From NCBI GenBank assembly GCA_020054235.1, contig JAGVLQ010000025.1:922-64921 (forward strand): a stretch of 64,000 bases of DNA. The letters run 5' to 3'. Position 1 is the stretch's first letter. The number at the start of each line of letters is the position of its first letter. Shown here in pieces: positions 27,536-37,000 of this stretch. The notes beneath the pieces are model-generated. The model saw only the letters and a list, made by a program, of their open reading frames with translations. It was not told the DNA's origin and ran no database searches. The translations under genes were made by a program, and so were the position numbers. This DNA is from Candidatus Babeliales bacterium. GTDB taxonomy: Bacteria > Babelota > Babeliae > Babelales > JACPOV01.

Positions 27536-28111
27536 ATGATCGAATCTCAGGTCCGCGTTAAAATGCAACCGTGGTTTGACAAACTTGGTATGTTTCTGAT
27601 GCACACTACACCAAATACTATTACCGGCATGGCGTTCATCTTCGGCGTTTGCGCAACAATTGGCATAGTTTTTGACTACCGGTTTACCGCACTGTGTTGT
27701 TTATGGCTTTCCGGCCTTTGCGATGTACTTGATGGCACTGTTGCACGCTTAAGTAACACTAGCCAAAAAATTGGCGCATACATAGATTTGATTTCTGACC
27801 GCATGGTTGAAGCAGCTTTGATTTTGGGATTTGCTATTGCATACCCAGAACATCATTTTGCCTATCTGGTTTTTATGATCGCCCTGCTTTTGCACTTTTC
27901 TACCTTTTTGGCTGCCGGTGCATTATTTACAAACACAGGGCACAAAAGCATGCATCATGACCACAGCATGGTTGAACGCGCTGAGGCCTTTGTTGTTTTT
28001 AGCCTCATGCTCTTACAACCGAATTATATTTTTGTAATTTTGATGGCATTTAATGGCCTGATATTATTGGATGGGTTTTTGAGATTTTATAGAGTGGTTA
28101 GAAACAATTGA
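27536..28111 (+). CDS. CDP-alcohol phosphatidyltransferase family protein
   Basis: Signature D-x2-DG-x2-AR-x8-G-x3-D-x3-D in CDVLDGTVARLSNTSQKIGAYIDLISDRMVE. Polytopic membrane protein. Confidence 0.85.
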   Translation: MIESQVRVKMQPWFDKLGMFLMHTTPNTITGMAFIFGVCATIGIVFDYRFTALCCLWLSGLCDVLDGTVARLSNTSQKIGAYIDLISDRMVEAALILGFAIAYPEHHFAYLVFMIALLLHFSTFLAAGALFTNTGHKSMHHDHSMVERAEAFVVFSLMLLQPNYIFVILMAFNGLILLDGFLRFYRVVRNN

Positions 28112-28114
28112 AAG

Positions 28115-29164
28115 TTATTGTTTCTTAATTGTGTTATTGTATTTTGGTATAAGAACAGTATCAATTAAATTCTGAATTTGCTGTACTAAATTTGGATTTA
28201 ATTTTTTATACTTTTCAATTTCTCCACCTAAAGCTAAGACTAAGGTAAAAGCTTGTTTTGGATCAATTTCACTTACTCTTTTTTCTGCAGCCTGTAAAAT
28301 TTCTTCAAAGTCACAAATTTTACGTTGTTCTTCTAAATATTTTCGCTCAATATCGCTCATTCCATTCTGAATTGAATGATGGCAACTTTCTACAAGTTTT
28401 TTCTGTAGCGGCTTTTTTATAGTTTTATTGAGAACATACTGCGTTGTTCCCAAAATAAATGCACTAATAAAAAATGATGAAATACCCTTTGCCAAGCCTG
28501 TTGTGGAGAAAAATGATTCTGTGGGTGAATTTAAATCAGGACCTAAAGCATCTTTTATAATACTTGTAATAGCTCCATAACCCCACTGATAGCTTTTGGA
28601 AGTAAGATAACCACAGACTGCTGCGGTTAAATAGTGCGATGTCGTAAGTTTTGTGTATGAATTGTTCATGTAGTGCAAAAGCGCACTTTTTATTAAAGTT
28701 TTTTGATCTTCGGGAGTTTGGGTCTTTAAATATTCTTCATCCAAATACAAGGTGCCATTGGTTGGATGCACCCCAACAAACTGATATTCTTGTGCGATCA
28801 TGCAAACCGATTGTGGATTCATTTTTTTTACTATAATTTTTATATGTTCGGATAATTTTAACTCAGTCATCACATCAGACACTAAATCCAATAATTTTTC
28901 CGAAACGTTTTCTCTACCAAATTTTGAATTTTGCATACTTTGGCTCGATAACTCAAGAGCACCTTGTGCGAGAGGGATTAATGAACCAGCATTTGAAAAA
29001 AATAGAGGTGAAATAGTTAGAGCATTAGAAACAAACTCTGGATCTTTCATTAAAGCTATTAACTTATCCATACCTTGAGCGGGCACAGAAAAGTTGGCAA
29101 GGGAAATGCCTAAGAAAAGGGGTAATAAAAGAATGCGTGAATGCCTTTTTTTATTGACAGACAT
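28115..29164 (-). CDS. secreted M48-like protein with degenerate active site (probable pseudo-peptidase)
   Basis: ENVSEKLLDLVSDVMTELKL...LYLDEEYLKTQTPEDQKTLIKSALLHYMNN aligns with ENVSRPLEDSIRTILSELGL...IYVDEKFMHYLSPEQRRALIGHEGIHIKDN of 24936..25709. HEGIH is replaced by SALLH. Confidence 0.55.
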   Translation of the reverse strand: MSVNKKRHSRILLLPLFLGISLANFSVPAQGMDKLIALMKDPEFVSNALTISPLFFSNAGSLIPLAQGALELSSQSMQNSKFGRENVSEKLLDLVSDVMTELKLSEHIKIIVKKMNPQSVCMIAQEYQFVGVHPTNGTLYLDEEYLKTQTPEDQKTLIKSALLHYMNNSYTKLTTSHYLTAAVCGYLTSKSYQWGYGAITSIIKDALGPDLNSPTESFFSTTGLAKGISSFFISAFILGTTQYVLNKTIKKPLQKKLVESCHHSIQNGMSDIERKYLEEQRKICDFEEILQAAEKRVSEIDPKQAFTLVLALGGEIEKYKKLNPNLVQQIQNLIDTVLIPKYNNTIKKQ

Positions 29165-29246
29165 ACATTAACCTCCATAAATTATTCCATTTTTTGTTAC
29201 ATATTGAGAATAACAGGTTATGAAGGAGGTGTCAACGGGTTTAAGG

Positions 29247-30440
29247 CTACCGTAGCTCCTGGAGAGCTTCAAGAAGGCGATCGACTTCTTCCAGGGTATT
29301 ATAGAGGTAAAAACTAGCCCTGATTGAGCCATCAATGCCAAGCTTGCTTGCCAGGGGTTGAGCGCAATAGTGACCCGTGCGCACGCAGATTTTTTTCTGG
29401 TTTAAATAGGCTGCAACATCATGAAAATGGTATTTTTTATGCACAAAACTAACCAAGTGTCCTTCTTTTTTTAGTTGATCAAGGGGACCTAAAATTCTAA
29501 TATCGGGCATTTTTTCAAGCCCTTCGATCAAACGAGAACACAATGCAGCTTCGTGTTGCTTGAGCCAGGCAAAATCAACGTTATTAAGGTAATCCACGGC
29601 CGCTGCTAGGCCTATTGCTTGAGCAATCGGCGGGGTGCCTGCTTCATAGCAATAAGGCGGCTTGAGAAAGCTTGTTTCTTGGTAGTCTGCCTGGAAAATC
29701 ATACCTCCACCAAATTGATACGGTGGGACCTCATGCTGGATCTCTTTTTTTATATACAAAAGACCTATTCCGGTAGGCCCAAGCATTTTATGGCCAGAAA
29801 AGGCCAAGAAATCACAACCGTATTTTTTGACATCAACTTTTTGATGCGGGACTGATTGGCAAGCATCAACAAATACTTTTGCCCCAACTTCTTGTGCTCG
29901 TTTTACTAATGCATCCACCGGCAGGTGCGTACCTAAAACATTGGAAACATCTAAAAAACTTATCAGCTTGGTTTTTTTTGTAATAATAGCATCAAGATTG
30001 GTAATATCTAACAATCCATCTAACCCTACTGGAATAAATTTCAGAACGGTTCCTGTTTTTTTAGCACATTCTTGCCACGGAATTAAATTGGAATGATGCT
30101 CAAGCTCGGTCAGCACAATTTCATCACCTTTTTTAAGATTTTTGACGCCCCAAGTTGCGGCAATAAAATTGATACTTTCCGTTGCGCCGGAAGTAAAAAT
30201 AATTTCATTGGGTTGCGCATTAATAAAACGCGCAATGGTTGTTCGCGCTTGCTCAAAGCGCTCGGTTGCCTGTTCTGCTAAATCATACAAACTACGCTTT
30301 ATTGGGGCATTATAATTAGTATAATAATACAATAAGGCATCAATCATACATTGGGGTTTTTGGCTGGTAGCTGCATTATCAAAAAAAATCAAATCGTTAT
30401 GTTTTTTAAAAAAATAAAAATCACTTCTTACTTTTTTCAT
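29247..30440 (-). CDS. sufS: cysteine desulfurase SufS (class V aminotransferase)
   Basis: PLP-lysine motif FSGHKMLGPTGIG and catalytic Cys loop RTGHYCAQP. Length and context fit the SUF system. Confidence 0.92.
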   Translation of the reverse strand: MKKVRSDFYFFKKHNDLIFFDNAATSQKPQCMIDALLYYYTNYNAPIKRSLYDLAEQATERFEQARTTIARFINAQPNEIIFTSGATESINFIAATWGVKNLKKGDEIVLTELEHHSNLIPWQECAKKTGTVLKFIPVGLDGLLDITNLDAIITKKTKLISFLDVSNVLGTHLPVDALVKRAQEVGAKVFVDACQSVPHQKVDVKKYGCDFLAFSGHKMLGPTGIGLLYIKKEIQHEVPPYQFGGGMIFQADYQETSFLKPPYCYEAGTPPIAQAIGLAAAVDYLNNVDFAWLKQHEAALCSRLIEGLEKMPDIRILGPLDQLKKEGHLVSFVHKKYHFHDVAAYLNQKKICVRTGHYCAQPLASKLGIDGSIRASFYLYNTLEEVDRLLEALQELR

Positions 30441-30457
30441 TTTTACCTTTTTAAAAT

Positions 30458-33400
30458 TTAGTTTTCTTTTACAAACTCAACCAAATCTAGTAAAGACTTA
30501 TCCGAACCAGAAGATATATCAACCACGAGCCTTGGTTTTATACCTTTTTCTTTAAGAGTATTGTTGAAAAGATTATAATCTTCAACCTTAAGTTTTGCTT
30601 GAGAGTATAAAAAAAATAATCGTGTGTAAATATCACTAATGCATAGATATATAATTTGATTTTCACATTTCTGATCTTTAACTTCTAGCTTTTTGATGAT
30701 TGGTACCATATTTTTGATAATTTCTTGGGCTTTGATACCAGAATTATCAAAAGCAATTTCATGGGCATACTTTATACATTGAGCTGTTAGATTAATTTTT
30801 TCATCCTGCGATGAACATAATTTTTGAATAAAATTGCGTAGATCAATACTCTCGTTTGACTGAGGAGATGCTGTTTGCATAAGGGTTGTTAAATAATCAA
30901 AATATGCAATCAGGACCATACCATGTTCTGTTGTTATCTTCATTGAAGATAATAACTTTACTTTTAATATTTGATCCCAAATATCTCTTCTTCGCTGCTC
31001 ATGGCAAGCTACCAACGTCTTTTCTAAATAATTTAAAGCTTCAACAGGAGACTCATCGCTCAAAATTACTGTTTTATATAAATTAGCTATCGGATGATTG
31101 ATAAGCAAATCATGTTGAAAATATTTGAGTGCATTCGGTAAATTACCGCTATAAATAGAACATTGACCCAGTTCTATAAGAGCTTCACTATTTTTTGGGT
31201 CGAATTTAAAAGCATCTGTGTAATATTTTTTTGCTTTTTTTACAAAGCGAACATCAGAATTACCACTAGCTAAACCATTTAAATATCTATGTTTCCAAAT
31301 ATTGCCTAACATTACTGCTGCTTGAGAATCGCTCTGCTTATAAGCAAGATTCAAGTACTGCATCGCTTTTTCTTCATCACGCACTATCTTTTGATAACAA
31401 GCAGGAAAAGCGGCTCCTTCCAAATAAAAATTAGCAAGATATTTTAAAATTTCTACATTTTTATTATTGGCTGCAGATTCTAAAATAGCCATTCCTTTTT
31501 TGAATGCACTATTAGGATCTATACCCGGTTTATTATCAAAATAAAATTCAGCAAAGTTTTTAATCATAGCTTCAGAACTCGGATTAAGATCTATTGATCG
31601 TTGATAAAATTTTATTCTATTTTCAACAGAAAGATTTTCTAGTTGAGCCACTGAATGATAAAGACTTGCAACCAATTCAGACCTTTTATTAGCAGTTTGA
31701 AGATCCAAGTTTGGAATTTCTAATGCATTTTTAAGCAAACGATCTATTTCATTGCAATAATCTAATAGGTCAAACTCCTTGTCAAAAAAATTCAACTCTT
31801 TTTTTGCAATCGATAAAAGCGCAAATCCAAGTACATAAGAAGCCAAATATGACCTTTTTTGATATTCTTGAATAATATTAAACATCTCTTTGATATGCGG
31901 CAAATCTGAATTTTCGAGAGTTTCTTTATTCATATGATCTTTAAACAACTGAAATATTCTAGGACTAGACCCTATAAATAGCGCACTATCCGTACTTTTT
32001 TTAAACCTTTCATATTCAAACTTAATTAGCTCTTTGGCAAAAACACTATCTTTTCTAGCAAAATCATATAACAATTCAGCAGATTCTTGCAAAAGATTTA
32101 GGATATCAAAACTGTTAGCAAAATCAGGTAGAACAAAAAACTCCTTAAAATATTTTAACGCCTTAAATATATCCTTTTCTATACCATTTCCTTTTGCCAA
32201 CAAAAGACCAAGATGACCCAGCGCATACTTATTACCAGCTTCATGTGCACGTTCAAACCATGTATATGCTTTTGTATATTCACCCATCAACTTACACGCT
32301 AAAGCAAATTCATAGCATGCCGTGGGATTATTTTTTTCAAGCTCCTCTTTTAAACTAAGCTCTATATTTTCACAATTTATGGATAAAGCTCTTTTTTCTA
32401 ATTTTGCTAACATAGATTCAGCATAAAGCGTATGACTCAGTAAAGGTTTTTCTACTTTTTTTAAAAGCTCTATGATTTCAGATTTTTTCAAAGAACAAAT
32501 AGCTTCTTTATTTAAAAAGATATTGGCAATTTCAAGAACCGCGTTGATATCATAGGGTGCAGCAGAAATCAAAAAATCAAATCCATTTTTAATATCAAAA
32601 TGCTGATGCAACAAACCATGGCCAATATGAAATTCACAACGACTCTTTGTCTCATTAGAAAATTTAGCTAAATACTTTTTAACATTTTCAAAGTCCTTTT
32701 GAACAAAATAGTATTTCACCAACTTCTTAAAAACTTCGTCTGCAAACAATGTATTGCTAAAACAGTTATCAATTTTTATCGCCTTTTCAAGGGATGATAC
32801 AGCCAACATAACTTTCTCAAGCTTTTTTTTAGAATCTTTTTGAGAAATTGAATCAGCATATACCTTAGCTGCATAAAGATATGCAATCGCAGCATTACTA
32901 TTCTTAAGTCTTTCATAATCTTGATTGTTATAAGGATTTAATCCAGCATCTCCTGCGCAGACAAAAAAGTCTGAAACCTCTTCTGGCTTATGATATTGCA
33001 ATAAAAAAGAAAAAATTGCTGGCGCCAGATCACTTTTTGGCTCATTATGCACTATTTCCTGCGCTTCTTTTTTTATATCAACATCTTTACTTCTAGCCAT
33101 CAAAAGGCAAAGCTGAATGAAAGCTTCAGGAATTTTATCATTATCTTTTTTACCAAAAATTGATTTTAATACTTTTAATCTAGCTCCTTCATGCCCCTCT
33201 TGAGCAGCTTGCCTTAAAAAAGAATGACCATTTTCTAAATCTCCATTTTCGTAAAACAGCAATGCTATTTTATAAAAAACTTCATGAATAAAATATTCAT
33301 ACCACTCAGGACCATCTACCTTTAAAGTCATTTCTTTTAATTTTTCAAATATCGGCTGATGAAAATAAAAACGTTGTTTTAACACTAGTCGTGAATAATC

Positions 33401-34072
33401 TAAACCAAGCTGCTGAGTTCTTTTAAACTCTTCTGGGCTCAAAATCTCAAAGATGGAGGAACGCTCATCACTATTTTTACATAGACGGGGAAAACGCTCC
33501 CTTTCTTTATTATATTCTTGTTGGGTTTCAACAGGTTTCTTGTAAGGATACCAGACGCTTGCCGCACATCCCTTTTGCCAGGATTTCCCTGCATTCACTA
33601 GATCATTTTCTTCATAATACATATCTCCTAAAAACTCTTTTGCTAGTGGGTGGTACGACATTTCATAATACATTTTTGCCTCACCTCTGTTACCATCGGC
33701 TTGGTATAATTCACCTAAAAGACCTTGTGCAAAAGGATGTGGATTTTGGGCTGAAGCATTATTTCTTAGCTTCTCAAGCCCTTTCTGTTTAGTTTCAGAT
33801 TTTTGAGTCAAAATATAAGCCCTTTGTAATTCATCATTTTTTGGATGGTCTGCAGCAATAATCTTGTTAAATTCTTCAAAACTCATGGAAGCATCATTAG
33901 TGAAGATTTTTTTTTTGCTTAAATCTGTTTGCGCAAAAACCGGCTTGGCCGTATTCTGCCTTAAAACCGTTTGATGGCGTGAAGATTTTTTTTTCTTTTT
34001 CTTGTTCCCTGCTTGCGTAGGAAAAACAACTAACGAAATAAAAACTGCTGCAATTGCTAATTTTTTATGCAT
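30458..34072 (-). CDS. giant secreted Sel1-like/TPR repeat protein (1204 aa)
   Basis: Signal-like N-terminus followed by GNKKKKKKSS. Clear Sel1 units, for example WFERAHEAGNKYALGHLGLLLAKGNGIEKDIFKALKYFKE. Confidence 0.8.
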   Translation of the reverse strand: MHKKLAIAAVFISLVVFPTQAGNKKKKKKSSRHQTVLRQNTAKPVFAQTDLSKKKIFTNDASMSFEEFNKIIAADHPKNDELQRAYILTQKSETKQKGLEKLRNNASAQNPHPFAQGLLGELYQADGNRGEAKMYYEMSYHPLAKEFLGDMYYEENDLVNAGKSWQKGCAASVWYPYKKPVETQQEYNKERERFPRLCKNSDERSSIFEILSPEEFKRTQQLGLDYSRLVLKQRFYFHQPIFEKLKEMTLKVDGPEWYEYFIHEVFYKIALLFYENGDLENGHSFLRQAAQEGHEGARLKVLKSIFGKKDNDKIPEAFIQLCLLMARSKDVDIKKEAQEIVHNEPKSDLAPAIFSFLLQYHKPEEVSDFFVCAGDAGLNPYNNQDYERLKNSNAAIAYLYAAKVYADSISQKDSKKKLEKVMLAVSSLEKAIKIDNCFSNTLFADEVFKKLVKYYFVQKDFENVKKYLAKFSNETKSRCEFHIGHGLLHQHFDIKNGFDFLISAAPYDINAVLEIANIFLNKEAICSLKKSEIIELLKKVEKPLLSHTLYAESMLAKLEKRALSINCENIELSLKEELEKNNPTACYEFALACKLMGEYTKAYTWFERAHEAGNKYALGHLGLLLAKGNGIEKDIFKALKYFKEFFVLPDFANSFDILNLLQESAELLYDFARKDSVFAKELIKFEYERFKKSTDSALFIGSSPRIFQLFKDHMNKETLENSDLPHIKEMFNIIQEYQKRSYLASYVLGFALLSIAKKELNFFDKEFDLLDYCNEIDRLLKNALEIPNLDLQTANKRSELVASLYHSVAQLENLSVENRIKFYQRSIDLNPSSEAMIKNFAEFYFDNKPGIDPNSAFKKGMAILESAANNKNVEILKYLANFYLEGAAFPACYQKIVRDEEKAMQYLNLAYKQSDSQAAVMLGNIWKHRYLNGLASGNSDVRFVKKAKKYYTDAFKFDPKNSEALIELGQCSIYSGNLPNALKYFQHDLLINHPIANLYKTVILSDESPVEALNYLEKTLVACHEQRRRDIWDQILKVKLLSSMKITTEHGMVLIAYFDYLTTLMQTASPQSNESIDLRNFIQKLCSSQDEKINLTAQCIKYAHEIAFDNSGIKAQEIIKNMVPIIKKLEVKDQKCENQIIYLCISDIYTRLFFLYSQAKLKVEDYNLFNNTLKEKGIKPRLVVDISSGSDKSLLDLVEFVKEN

Positions 34073-34093
34073 AACCTATTTTTCCTTAACTTT

Positions 34094-37000
34094 CTACTTT
34101 GTGAACGGATCTTCCTGTAAAACTAGCTTCATACCTTTTTTAGCTAGCAAATCTTCTATTGGTTTTAATAATTCTCTTACTTTTTCAGCTTCTTCAGATT
34201 TTAATTTCATCTTAAATGTAGCATTGATAATTTCGTCTAAAGCCATATAAACCGTACCATCAATTGACTGGTTATTATTTATTACACGCTGCAATATTTC
34301 TAATAATTTATTCCATGAGTTTTGCGTATACTTAATGTCTTTTTCTTTAGTGTCATACCATTCACGTAAGAGTAAAAAAGCTTCAATCTGATTATAAATC
34401 ATACTTGCTTTAAAATATTCTTTGATTACATGAAGCCTCTTTATGTCTTCTTTTCTATCAGATATCGATTTTTTACTTATTAAGGACATAACATCACTAA
34501 TGATCAGATTTAAATTTTTTTCAGTTATTAAATCTAGACACTGATTTCTTTTATTGCCTATTTTTATTAACTCCCCGATTGATTCTTTTACAAAAGTATC
34601 GGTTTTATTAGGGGTTTCTTGCCATTTTTTAAGTAAACTAAAACTGCGTGCTTGATCCTGAATACACACGTTTGGTGACTTTACAAGAATTTCTAAAATT
34701 TCATCAATCTTATTTGAAAATTCTTTCGTTATTTCTCTAGAGAAATCGACAGAATTATTATTATAATTAAGAACACCAACCAAATAACGAACGCATAACA
34801 TATGAGCTTCTTCAGAGGTTGCTTTTGTTATAAAAAATAGTGGTTTCTGCTTTGCAAAAAAGCCCCATACCATTTTATCATTACTCTGCTCTGCAAGGCT
34901 TAAAGCATTTTCAAAATATTTTAATCCTTCTTTATAATTTTGCTGACCAAATATGAGCGCAAGCTCATAAATCGCATAAATATTGTTTTGTTTCGCTAAG
35001 GTTAAAAGACCTTCCGTTAAAATTTTCCCTTTTTTTATTATATCCTTTTCACATTTAGCTTTTATGTATGCTTTGGTAAACGCAAAAAAACTGGTAGGGT
35101 CAAAAGAAAGGGCCTCAAGTTCTTGATCAAATGTTCGTAATTTTTTTGTATCGTTATCATAAAGAGAGTATAATTTGAAAAAAATCTGCTCAAATAAAAC
35201 AAACTCCGGCGAGTCTTTGATGCTTTTATTTAATACAGCAGCCTTAACATAAGGAAATGCCTTTTCATAATAGACCATTTCATCAAATGGTTCATTTAAC
35301 AATTCCTTCTTTTCTTTCGCACACCTAAAATAAAATGGCGCCAAACATACTGCAATATCCTCATTTTTTTTCTCATATTTTTTTAATTTGTTTAGCACGC
35401 TAGAATAACATTTCATCCATTCTTTGCTCTCTTTGTCAGGAAGCTTTAAAACTTGCTCTAAACCATCACCAAAGAGATTCAAAATCATATCAAAAAGTGC
35501 ATCTTGCCGATCATTTTCATACGAATAAAAAAACCAATCTATGCAAAATTGGCGCGCTACCAAGTCTCCTGATTTAGCCAGGATTTCAAATGCATCAATT
35601 ATCTTATTTATAATATATTGAGATTCAAAATCAGAAAACGAATACGGGCCTTTTACAAAAGAATATAATTTCTTTAAACCCTTTTCCATATTTTGCTCAA
35701 CGCCTTCCCCTTTATAAAGCATAAGCCCCTCCATCCCCTCAGCAAATGATGCCGGTTTGCTAGCTTTTGTAAAACATGCAAACGCATCTTTATAATTCTG
35801 AGTAAAATAATACGAAAGACCTTGTGCATACCAAGCACGATCGTTTTGTTGACCTTCCTTTAAAAGAGGCTCTATAGAGCGAACAAACTCATCAGCAGAA
35901 AATTCTCTTTGTTCCATTTTTGCTAATAAATACTGGCGAAAAAATTCAGCTTCTGGCTTATCAAAAGTTTTTTGTAAAAGGTCAGCAAGAATTTCCTTTG
36001 CATGCAATCCTGACTTTTCACAAGATTCAGTTTTTTTTAAATAAAAATCAGCTAAAAATAATGTTCCCTTTGAAGAATCCTGGATATACCTTAACCCTTT
36101 CTCAAATAATTCTTGTTTATCAACAAAATCTAAAAAATGCATGCCCAAGATATATATAAACTCTTTATTGCCGTAATCACGTGCGATAAGGCCAAACTTT
36201 TCTGACCTTTCAATATTTCCTTTGATAAAATTAAAATAAGCTTGGATAAAATAGTAATCACCTAATAATTTCTTTAGTTCTTCATCCAAATACTTAATAG
36301 CGCAACGTCCCTTTTCAACTAATTCTAAAGATTGTTCCCGTAAATCTATAATTCGTTCTTTTACTGCGCGATCTAATTTCACAAATCCTAAAAGAATTTG
36401 TGAAAATGGGTCTTTTATTTTTTCTGCCTTTTCCTCTAAATACTTATAACCACCAACATCTTCCAAAAAACGCTGCAACGACGAATTTGGTCTATTTTTT
36501 AGATTCTCAAAAAATGCCCAAAAAATATCCAGCCCTTCTTTTATACGTTTGTGCGAAAATAACAATTTTTCAATTTCGGATAGAGTTTCTAATTTGTAAT
36601 TATTAACGCAAATCTTTTTTACTTTGTTGATAGCATTAGCTATTAACTCTTCGCTCAGATTTTTACTCTTAAGCGCAATAAGGAAACAGTCCAAAGCTTT
36701 ATTTTCATCTTTTGCAACATATTTTCCCTCCAAATGCCATGTGCCCAAAAGCCATGCGGTATGACCATGTCCTTTTTCTATATTTTTATTAAGAACTTCA
36801 AGTCCTTTTGCACTATTTTTTCCTAAAATTTGATCAATACCATCGATATGTAATAAGCCATATTCCTCAGCAACTACACAATTTTTCTCTGCTAACTTTT
36901 CCATACGCTGTAGCTCATTTTTTATGAGTTCACTAAGTAGAATAATTTGCTCTTGGTCCTTTTCTTGATTTAGCATTTCAAGAATATTTGTAAAAAATTC

